DNA of 64,000 nucleotides from an uncultured bacterium. GTDB lineage: Bacteria; Omnitrophota; Gorgyraeia; Duberdicusellales; CBEUCJ01. Each line of letters opens with the position of its first letter. The stretch's first letter is position 1. This document shows positions 47,701-59,700 of the stretch, in pieces. The notes beneath the pieces were generated by a model, which saw nothing but the letters and a program-made list of their open reading frames with translations, did not search any database and was not told where the DNA came from. Both the position numbers and the translations under genes were made by a program. The stretch is from assembly GCA_965541615.1 (NCBI GenBank), contig CBEUCJ010000005.1, forward strand, positions 110,251-174,250, read 5' to 3'.

Positions 47701-50700
47701 TTCTACTCCTGCAAAAGGAATACCAATTATTATATCTGCTTTATGAGAGAATTTGTTATTCAGACTACTAGAACTTGAAAGGTATGCTTTTAATCTATTT
47801 ATCCTTTCTTTATCTTCAGGATGAGAAAATCTTGGAGTTGGATGGTCTTTGAATAAATCTTCAATCTCATATCTTTCTAACCTCTTTTTTCTTTCTTCTA
47901 ATTGAACCTTTTCTTTAAGAGAATCTAATTTTTCTAAAAAGGTGAGAGCTCTGTAAGGATTAAACTTAGCTTTAATAATGTATCTTAAACCTTCTTTATC
48001 AGCTTCAAATTCTTGATTGCGAAATTCTTTATATAATTTTTCTTCAAGATTATTTATTTCTGAAGAGAACCAGAGTTTGGCAAATTTTCTTACATGGTTC
48101 ATTTCAAGATGAGCAATCTCATGGGCAATTGTTAAAGCGAGTTGATCTTGATTAAGTCCTTTTACAGTCATTTCATCTATTTCAATAAAATCAGGAAAGT
48201 TATTTCCTCCACTGTAAGCGTAAGCAAAAGTAAAAGGATAAGTTTGAGTTACTATGAGAAAATATTTTTTATTTATCTTATTTTCTTTTAAAATTTTATT
48301 GAGAATATTCTTTGCCATTTGGTACTCTGGAGAAGAATAAGAAAATACTTTTTCCCAAAGAGCAATTTTTAGTAAATTATAAAACTTTCTTGTCTCTAAA
48401 TATCTTTCTATATATTCTTTCCTGTGTTCTCTGTGTGTTGAAATTATAACTTGACATAACTTCTTTGATCTCTCACTTAGTTTTGAAATCAATCCTTTTA
48501 TAAAGAAAGTAAATTCTGATCTTCTTAATTGAGAAGAGGGTAAAGAAGGCACATCTCCTTTGTATACTCCTTTAACCATATTTAGCATCAATTCAATATC
48601 TTTTAAAACTGATTTAACAAATTTATCTTTAAATGGATTACCTATAAATCTTTGAGATAAAACTTGAAGAGAAGCTAAATCTTCTTCAACATTTTCTAAA
48701 ATCTCATTGAATCTTTCTTGAATTTTTAGAGTAGAACTTGCTTTAGTATTTATAATCTCTTCTAATTTTTTAAGTGTCTTTTCTGAATCTTTTAATTTAC
48801 TCCATTTATCTATTGCTTTATAAATTATAAGCAACCTTAATTTATATTTTTCTTTTAAATAAGAGATCAACAATTGATTAAGATTTAAAGATAAACTTTT
48901 TTCTTCTATCTCTTTTATCCAACTCTCTATTTTCTTTTTGCCTTCTTTTAACATCAACTCCAAAAGAACATTTTCTTTCCATTCTTCTGAGATATTAAGT
49001 TTTGATTTTAAATTATCTATATTTTCTTTTATTATTTGAGAATGCTCTTTTTTCTGCTCAAACTCTATTTTTAAATTGTCTGCTCTTTCAATTAAATCTC
49101 TGTTTATTATTCCTTTTAATTTTTTAATCTTTGAGAAGAGAAGTTTAATTCTTTCTTCTATTTCTCTCATTTCTTTTAAATCTTTTTCTGTAAGCAATTT
49201 GACGTATTCTTCTAAATCTTCAATTTCTTTCTCAATGCTTGAAACAAAAAGGCTTTTTGTGATCTCTTCTATTATCTCTTTCTTTTTAGGTTTAATCTTT
49301 AATAAAACATTTACTAATTTTTCTTCATCTAATTTTTTAATATGGAACAACTCTTTAAGAACCTTTAAAATCTCTTCAAAAGAATCTTTATAGTAATCTA
49401 AAAAGTAAGTAATTGCATATTCTAAACCTTCTTGTGTAACACCTGCTACTTCTAAAATCTCTCTTTCTGATTCATAAGGTTTTATTTCTTTTTTCTTTAT
49501 TAATAAAGGATAAAAGCTTAATGCCTTCTTTAAATAAGAGATATCTTTTTCTAAAAGATATTTTTCTAAATAATAAACTATACTAATCTTTTCTTCTCTG
49601 GTTTTATTTAATACCTCTTCTGCAATTTTCATAAATTCTTTTGATTTTTCTTTATTTATCTTTTTCCACTCATAATAGAGACCAGTAAGATTTATTTTAG
49701 TTTTTAATAATAAGTAAGGTTTTTCTAACTTTTCTAACTCTTTTATTCCTTTTAAATATAACTCTTCAACTTTTTTATATTTTCTTTCTTTATCCTTTTT
49801 ATCCTTATCAAATTCTGCCAATTCAAAGATAACTACTGCCAAATTCAAATCACACAGTATCTTCTCTTTTGGAGATAAAATTTTTTCTCCCATTTTTTCA
49901 ATTTCATCTTTAGCTTCTTCTAACAGTTCTTTATTCTTTTCTTTAAGAGCCCATTCTGTATAGATCGTTATCAATGCAGATTTAAATTCCTCAATATTTG
50001 GAGTTTTCTCTATCTGTCCTTTTAAGATTTTGATCGCCTCTTTATATTTTGATTCTTCAAAAGCTAATTTTTGAACTTGTGCATATATTTTCATAATCTT
50101 AACTTCTAAAAGACTAATTTTCCTCTCTATTTTTTCCATTTCTTCTATTACCTCTAATGCTCTTGTAAAATCTTTCTTGGTCTCATTTCCTCTCTTTAAA
50201 TACAAAGAAGCTAACAACTCATATAATCCAAGTAAAACTTCTTTTCTTTCTTGAGAGGGTAAAGCTACAGTCTTAGCATAAACTATAGTTCTTTTCACCA
50301 TAGAGATAAGTTTATTTAAATCTTCAGGTGTCTTAATATTTCTTCTTAATTTTTCTATCTGTCTAATTTGAGAACGGAATTTTTTTAGAGTGCTACTTGC
50401 ATTATAAAACTTTGACATTTCTTCTTTGGCAAGTTGTATGAATTCATCTTGATATTTTGTTCTTATGATTAACTGTGCTAATTTTTCTTTTATTTGAGGA
50501 GGAAGATTTATCCACTCATCTAATGATGGAAGATTGTATCCTAACCTTTCTCTTACAAACCAGAATACTATTTCAGAATCGACATATTTAACATCTTCTT
50601 TTTGAATAATGAAATCTATCTCTTTAAATTTTAAACCTGTTTTTTCTTTATAATATTCTGCTGCTTTCTCACCTAATTCTCTGCCTCTATATCTTAACCA

Positions 50701-53700
50701 GAAAATGAAATGATAATGGCTCCATCCCCTTTTATTTAGTCTCTGCTGAATTCCAAAAGGTTTAGAAGGCATATAGTAAACATCTCTAAGATTGGAGATA
50801 GTTTCAAAAGGATCATCAGTAGCATACCCACAATCTAAAAGAAAAATTCTGCCTTGAGAGTCTACACCATATTGGGTTATAAAACTATCATGAACATAGA
50901 TTCCCCTTCTTAAAATAGCTCTATCTAACTCAATTTTCTTCTCAAGAAGTTTTTCTATCTTTTGCCAATCTTTTTCATTGAAAGCTAAAATTAAAGCTTC
51001 ATCTAAAGGAAGAGTTTTAATCTGCACAATAACATTTTCCCATTTCTTCATTTCTCCTTTAATCTTAATATATAAACTCAAATTCATAATAAAATCTGCT
51101 ACTAAACCACTTAATTTTTCTTTTGCCTTTTGATAACCTCTCAAAGTAAATTGCTGAAACTCATCTTTAGGAATCTTTATAACAAAATTTAAATCTTTTC
51201 TTTTCAAAACAATTGTCTGCCCTGAGTAAATCAAATCTTCCTCTGTGAAGTTGTATTTCTGTATTTTTTCTTGTATTTCTACTGAATTCAAAGAAGAGGA
51301 GGCTGATTGAATTCTGGAATCTTTATTTTCATCTTTCTTAAAAACTATTCTTTCATTTTTTCTTGGAAAAAGAATGAAAGAACCGGTCATTGCTAAAGTT
51401 AAAAGCACTTTTTTACCAATAGGAGGACCAATAATAATTAAAAATACAGGAGCTAATCCATTCCATAATCCATGTGCAAGAATAGGACATTTTAGAGATT
51501 TAGTCTTTACATACAAAGAAGCATAGATAATACCTGGAAAGAATTGGTAAACAGGGATACAATAACCTTTTGAAATATGAGACAATGCAAAGACAATTGA
51601 AGAAATAAATATACTCTTTTTTACACCAATATTTAATTTGTTTATAAGCAAACGTCTAAATATCCATTTTCTAAATATTATTTCTTCTATTATAGGCGCG
51701 AGCACTGTATCTTGAAGTAAAATTACTCCTATAACCAAAATAGGATTTTTAATGATCTCAAACAATAAGAGTCCATACAAGAATAGATGAATGTTATAAA
51801 GGGTAATAACAACTGCTAATTCTTTTAGAAAAGAATTTTTATTCAAGTTATCTATAGCACTGCTTGAAGTCAAAGAAAGAGATTTCTTTTCTTTTCGCCA
51901 CCAGTCTTCAGTAATTTGTTGAAAACCAATTTTTTCAAAAAATTCCTCCCTGCCACGTACAACCTTTGCCCATAGAGGAATTTTGCCAATTTTATCGGTT
52001 AATTTTTCAATTAAAAGTTTAGCTATTCCTTTTCTCTGATAAGAAGAATCTACTTCTATTAAAGCAATTATAAATCCTTCTTCTTCAAAACTCTTTTCTT
52101 TAAATAATCCGATTTCTCCTATTTTAAAAATGTCTTTTTTATACCCTAAAAGGAGACCTACTACTTCTTTTTCTATCTTTGCTACAAGAAAAGTAATCTC
52201 TTTATCTTTTGCATTACAAAATTCCATTTCCCATACTAACCTTCTAAAATAACGCTTTTTCTTAAACCATTCTTCAAATACTTTATTTATTTCATTAATA
52301 TCTTTTATCTGGATAATCTCTATATTCATTGATGAGGAAGAAACAAGATCAGCAAACTCTTTATTGAGTCGACTAATAAACCAATCTTTACTTTCTACAG
52401 GATACCCTTTATTTAGAAGTTGTTTAGCTAACTGAAAACATTCTTTACTGATACCTAATGAACTTGAACCAAATTCTGGGCTCTTGTAAGGTTGTCTATA
52501 AGGAGGTGTTGTAGAAGGAATAAATGGTTTAAATTCAATATTGCAAGAAGGATTTAACAATTCTTCAGCAGATGGGAAAAATGGTCTGTTTGATGGTAAA
52601 ATAGCTCCAGATAATACTTGCCATAATACAGAACGTATATCAGGCATTTTGTGTTGAGTGTAAAATAAGGCTTTAAGAGCATTTTCATAGCCAAAGAATA
52701 CTCTATCAAAAAGTTCCTTAAAATAATCTCTCTCTTTTGAAGGTAAAGATCTAAATATTTCTAAAATACTTTTAATAGTTTGCTGTTTGTAAAATTTTAT
52801 CTCACTAAATATCTCAGAATAATACATTTTGATTTTGTCTTCGGCTATTTTCATCATAAAGGGCACCAATACATGGAGAGTTATCTTTTTTGTATCAACA
52901 TATTGAGAAAGGAATATAAAAGGCTTAATTATTTCGTAGAGTTTATCTCCAGAAAAAGCACAGTCATCGATTACCAAAATATCTTGAATTCTTTTCTTTT
53001 TAATTTTTTCAACGAGTTGATTATCAACAAAATATGGCTGTATTTCTCTAATATTTACAATAAAAGCATTTTCAGGAAGTAATTCTTTTTCTACAAGCAA
53101 ATCTCTTATCCAAATATCACTTTTCTTATTTTCAGGAGTGCTTTCTTGAAGAATGAGATAAGATCTATCTCTTATTTCATCTTTAAATCCTTCTCCAGCT
53201 AACTGTAAGTTTAATTCAAATTCAAATTGATCAACATATCTAATATTTTTAACAAGGAACTCAGCTAATTCTTTAGGAAATCTCTTAGGCTGAAGAGATA
53301 TCCATTCTTTAGCTTTTTCTTCATCTATATAAGCATCTTCAAAAGGACGAGGAATGATATTTTCTGGAGATATTTTTCTTTTATTATTAAGATAAGTCAT
53401 AATAATAGCTGATTTACTTTTCTCAGAAAGCTTTTTATTTCTTTCTATTTCTTTAATTGCTTTTAAAATTTCTTGAATTCTTGATAATTCAATGGGAGAA
53501 GCAGCTTCTACTCTATTTCTTCCTTTATTTTTTGCAGTGTACAGAGCTTCATCTGCTTTCTTAATCATTTCTTCTATCTGATCAATAGAGTTAACTTTGC
53601 GTGTAGTTAGTCCTATACTTATTGTGATCTTAATAGAACCTTTTGAAGTCTTAAATTCTTTTTCTTCTACACTCTTTCTTAATCTTTCTGCTACTTTCAA

Positions 53701-56700
53701 AGCAGATTTCTTAGAAGAGAATGGAAGAATTAATATAAACTCTTCTCCTCCCCATCTACATTTCAAGTCTTCTTTTCTGCATATTTTTCTTATAATCTCT
53801 GCTAACTCTCTTAAAATTTGATCTCCTATTTCATGTCCATAAGTATCGTTGATTTCTTTAAAATGATCTATATCTATTACTAATACAGAAATTGATGCCT
53901 CTAAAAGTTCTCTATCTTTTTTCCATTTTTTAATTACTTCTTTAAATCCCCATCTATTTAATAAACCTGTTAATTCATCACTGTAAGCAAATCTTAAAGT
54001 GACTTTAGGAATTTCTAACATTTCTTTTATAAACCTTCCAAGGACAAAGATCTCTTCTAATATTGAAGAATAAAATTCAAATTTTTCTTCACACTCTTTT
54101 ATCTTATGGAAAGGTGTGAGGAGAATTACATCTGCATAAATGCGAGAAGAATGAATAATCCAGAAAAGTAAAGACTTTACCTTTTCTTTGTCTCCATTTG
54201 CATATTCTACAGCGTCTTTTTCCCAATTAGAAAAGTTTACTTGAGTAGAATAATTTTGAACAAGCTTTCCTCTATCTCTAATAAGTAGTAATATTTCCTT
54301 TTCTTTTGATATCCATTCTATTCCAAAGCTCTCTTTTTCTTTATTATTTAATTCTATTATCTTATGCAAAATACCTTTATTAAGGTATTCGTATAATCTG
54401 GAAGCAAAATAATCTTTTTCTATACACTTTGCTTTTTGAGGTTCATCTTCATAAGTAGACTTCCTTAAAGTAGCTATTCTTGCTAGAGTCTTCCATTTTA
54501 AAGTAGGAATATACAATCTGTAATAATAGCCACTTAAACCTAATATTTCTTTAAAAAGAGAAAGTATAAATTCACAATATTTTCTTTCAAACTCTTCTTC
54601 AAAAGCTCCTCTTACTTCTTCTCTAAACTCTTTAAGTTTTTTAGAAAGGAGAAGTATTATTTGTTGAGTTTCTTTATTTAAAGAAGAGCTGGTTGCAAGA
54701 AGGTTGCGTATGCTCTTTTCTAAAAGCAAATTCAAATCAGATGCAGTTTGAAAAGAGGACTCATTTTTAAATTTTTGAGGAGGAGCATTTTGAGTATATC
54801 CTTTAATTAATTGCAAGAATCTATAAAAACTCTTTCTCAAAGAAATTTTTTGGAAAATTGAACTACTTGCTTCTCCTATAATTGAAGAGAGGCGATCACT
54901 TATTAATTTAATGTCAACTTCTCTGGATGAATTAAGAAAAGGAATTAAATTCAAATCTATTTTTTTACTATTTACATTTAAAGAGATGCTTATTCCTTTC
55001 TTATTCATTTCAAATAAAATAGGCTGCCAATTTCTCTTAAAGAATTCTTTTAAGACTGAGGTTTTTCTCTTATTTATAATCTCTTCTGCATATCCTCTAT
55101 TCCTCAATTGAGTAATTTCTTCTGTAATCTTTTCTAAAATTTTTTCTTCCAAAGTTAAAAGGATTTTTTCAAAAACATTAAACTCCCAGATCCCTGCAGA
55201 AATTAAAATAAGCTCAAACTTCTTTAAATCTGATTTTTGAAATGCACTTAAAGTATCTTTTACAGTGTTCTTTAAACAACAGCTAAAGGCTCCTCCTAAA
55301 ATGTATACTTTTTGGATATTATAGAAAAATTCATATTCTCCCCATTGGCTGTTTATTTCTAAGATTTCAATTTCTAACTCTTTTAAAGGTAATGATGAAA
55401 ACATAGAGTTTGTTAAAACTATTAAAGGTGAATTTCTGTGTTCTAAAATAATCTTTCTATAGATTTCTTTATGTGCTTCAATAGGATGGGTCAAAACAAT
55501 AACTTTTTCTGCTAAAAGTTGTTTCTTTACCCTTTCTGCTATTGGACTACTAGAAAGAGTCATCTTTTTTGTATTAACATGGGATGAATTTCCCAGAGAG
55601 CTACTTGAAGAAAGAAATTCAAAGCTTTCAAATGTTCCTATAAATATACTTTTTTCATTTTGATTCCATTCCTCATAATTTTTGTAACAAAGCTCTTTTT
55701 CTTTTTCGTCTCTCATCTTTAAAGCTATCTTTTCTAATTCTTCTAACTTATTTCTTATTCCTCTTTCTTCTATCAGTTTCTTAGCTGTTTCCAAAACCTT
55801 AAAATCACCTGCTAAGTGCATACTCGTAAGGATAATATTTTTAGCTGTTCTTAAATCTTCGTAAGAATCCTTATTAAATTTTGCTATTTCTTGAATACTT
55901 ACTTTCTCAAAGTCTACTTCTGTTCTTTCTTCTTCAGGCAAAATATCTTCAGCAAAGGCTATTGTTTTCTCTATAGATAATAATGCATTTGGAGAGACTT
56001 TTTCTTTATCATAAATTTTTTCTTTATCATAAATCATAATTATATCTATATCTGAACCATACATTCTTTCTCTAGTCAAAGGATTAAATCTAATTTCATT
56101 GTGAGCCATACCTATAGATAAATCTCCTGTTAATAATAAACAAACGCCCTCTAAAGGAAGGAAAGTATAAGAGAGAATATCTTTTGCTAACATTCTCTTT
56201 TTAATATTTACAAATTCTCTTTCTTTTCTTAATTTATCTGTAATTATTCTCATTCTCTCATCATTCTTCAATCCCACTACGGAATAGGTATGAAACTCTC
56301 TAAGAATACTTGGAGAAATTTGAGGAATAATTTTTCCTTCCTCATCTCTTTCTATTCTTAAATATCTTTTTCCTTCAAAAACTATCTCAATCTCTGAGCA
56401 TTTTTTACATATCTGCCATACTCTTACAGCACCAGCTATAGTTTTTACATCTAATTTTTCAAACAATTGCTTTCCTAAAAGAGGTTGTTTAGATAAAATT
56501 TGTTTAATTAACTTTTCTGAAATAGGAGAAGACCTTTTTTCTAAAATGGGACTAGAACTCTTTTTCTTTAAGAGCCAAATTCCTTCTCCATAATATTCAT
56601 TGAGTTTATTTAATAGAGAAGTTAAAGGAGAGATTATAATTAGAAATTCTTTATCTCTGTATCTTCTTGTTTGTCCAATAGTAAAATCAACAGCAATTCC

Positions 56701-59700
56701 TGTTTTTTCTATAAGAAAGAATAAGAAATGATGTTCTTCAAAATAAGTTTGGTCAATATCTCTAAAACTGCCTATTATTATCTGAGGATCAAATTCCTTT
56801 AACTTTTCTGCCAGCCATAATGTAACGATTTCACATTTTCCTTCAACATCACCTTTTGTAAATAGATTTACCTCATTAACTAACTCTAATATTTTCTTTA
56901 AGAGTTTCTGGTGTTCAGCAGAACTCTTTCTGATTGCTTCTTCCAAATCCTTTCTATCAGAAATTATTAAAGAAGAAGAGGAAATTGTGAGTTTGTAGAT
57001 AAAAATCTCATTATTTGAAAATGAGAGAATGTAATCTAATCCTCTTTGTTTTATCAATCTCTCTATTCCAAAATTTTCCAAAGAACCAACTAAAGCAAGA
57101 TAAAAAATTCCATTTACATTAAGATAAAAAGGTAAAATTTCAATTAATTTTCTAAGATGCTGAGTTAACTCTTCTTTAGAGAGTTCTGATACTCCTTGAC
57201 GTGAGATAATTCCAAAATCTGTTTCTAACCCTGGTGCATAATGAATAATCACATCATATTTTTTGTTTTTGATTTGAGGAGTTTTAAAGAAATCTCCCCA
57301 AACAATAATGGCATTCTTTACATCTCTTAATGTGAGTAGAGTATTTAAATAAGCAGAAAGTTTGTAATCTATAGCTGTAATCTGGGTGTAACCTTTGGTA
57401 GCTAAAGCATATCCAATAATTCCAGTCCCTGAACCTAAATCTAAAATTTTGATATCTTTTGTTTTGAATCGTTTTATATCCTTTAAGACGAACTCTATTA
57501 ATTTTCTTGTAGCAAAACTATGAGGAGGAAATACACCTTCTATATAAGGAATAAACAATTGAGTTTTTCCTATTTCTACTTTTTCTAAAGAAATTTTAAT
57601 AGGTGTGTATTTTGAAAAATATAAACTTAAAGGTAAATCAAATTTCTTTGATAATAATTCTCGCCAGTCAATAAAGTAAATTCTTCCTATGCCTAAGTCT
57701 GAATATACAATTATTCCTAAGATTATTTCTTTATCAGCAGCAAAAACACTTACTTTCTTTGTTCTTATTCTGTTAATATCTATTGCGACTATATCTTCAA
57801 GAAACTTTATGTTCTTAGAGAAGAGCTCATATAGAGATTTGCTTTCTTTTTCTAATCTATCTAAAGAAATAGAACTAGAAGAAAATTTAGCAAGAAAGAT
57901 TTGTCTGTATTTTTTAAATTCTTCATATAAATCTTTTTTTGTTCTCTCTTTAATTTCTTCTATATCAATTTTTTCTTTATCAGAAACTACCTCAAGAAAT
58001 TCTTTCATCCAGGGATACTCAAAATATTTCTTTTCTGCTTTCTGAAGGATCATATTATACAATTCTTCAGCCTCTTTAAATCTTTTCTCTCCCAATAAAT
58101 AAATAACTTTCCAGCTTAAAGCTTGCAACTCTTCCTCTTTCATATTACATTCCCTACCAGTTTCAATACATCTATTAATATTTTCCTCTGCCTTAAAATA
58201 ATTACCTTCCAAAAATCTAAAAATACTTGCTTTAAAAAGAAGTCTTAATTCTTTTTTTCTTTCCTTTATTTCTTTATTAATTAAACTGCCTTCTTCCAGC
58301 AGTTTAGCTGCTCTTTTAAAATCTTCCAAAAGAAAATAAATATCTGCCTTCCATTTTTTGCATTTAGCTTTGATTTCTGCCCATTCTTTCTCTCCATAGA
58401 TTTTTCTTTTATAAAGCATTAAACCATCTTTTTCTATCCTCTTTAAGTTCTCAAAAAGAATACTTACTTTTTCTTTTCTTTTTTGGGATAATAAATAATC
58501 AACAAAATTCCAATGAGCAGAGGTTCTTCTTTTTATAGCTTTTTCAAATTCTTCTAACTCCTCTTCCAGTTGGGCGCTCTTAAGAGAGTAATGACCTGCT
58601 TCATAAAATTTTTTATTCCTAAAATATTCTAAAGCTTTTCCATAAAACTCTGAAGCTAAGGATTTCATTACTTTTTTCTTTTCCTCTTTATATTTCTCAA
58701 CTTCTTCTTTTCCAGAAACTTTCGCCTTTCTTATTCCCTTCTCACAAACAGAGATAATCTTTGAAAAGGTAGAAATAATCCCTTCTTTATCTTTCAGTTT
58801 ATGATAAATATGCGTAATCTCAAAAAGTCCTGCAATTGCTCCTTTTATATTTCCTCTCTCTAAATCTAAATTCACAGCTTTCTGGAGATATTCTAAAGCT
58901 TCTCTAAATCTTCCTAATCTCTCATAAACTAAACCTATAAAAGTATAATCTTTAGCTATCCTTTCTTTATTTTCTAATTTTTTATGGATCTCCAATATCT
59001 TAAATTGAAGTTCTAAATATTTCTCCCAATCTTTCTCACGATAAGACATTGCCTTAAAAGTGTAAAGTTTTACTACCATCTCTAACAAATCTTTTCTTTC
59101 CTTTTTACTTTTTAGTCTTTCAACCCACTCTTTACATAATCTATCTACTTTTTCATACTCTTCCTTTTCCATTAAAATCTGAATTTTTCTCTTAATATTC
59201 CTTATATTCTCTTTTTTACTTAAAGGACTGCTGGAATAAGAAAAGCAATTCAGGATTTGATTCTTCCAGAATTCAGGATTCTTTCTATTGAGATTAATTT
59301 GAATTACTGGGCTGGAAGTTGTTTGTAAATATAATTCTTCTAAAAATTTCTTTACTGCTTTTATTGCTTCATCCTCAACGTCTTTAATAAGCCTAAAATT
59401 GGATTTTCTGCCTTCTAATCCTCTAAGCATATCTTTTATATTAGTAGCAAAGTCCATACCTACAGGACCATTTTGTGCAGTAACAGCTACAGCCCTAAAT
59501 TCTTTATCATCCCAAATTAAGTACGGGGAACCTGAATCTCCAGGAATAGAATGAGCTCCTACTAATACAACATTGCCTTCTTTTAAAGGTAACAAAAAGC
59601 CACTAGATACAATCTCATTACAACCACTCACTAAAACAGCTAACTCACTTTCACTAAACTTAAGCTTTATTTTAATTGGTAAAAGCTTTCTATCTTGCAC

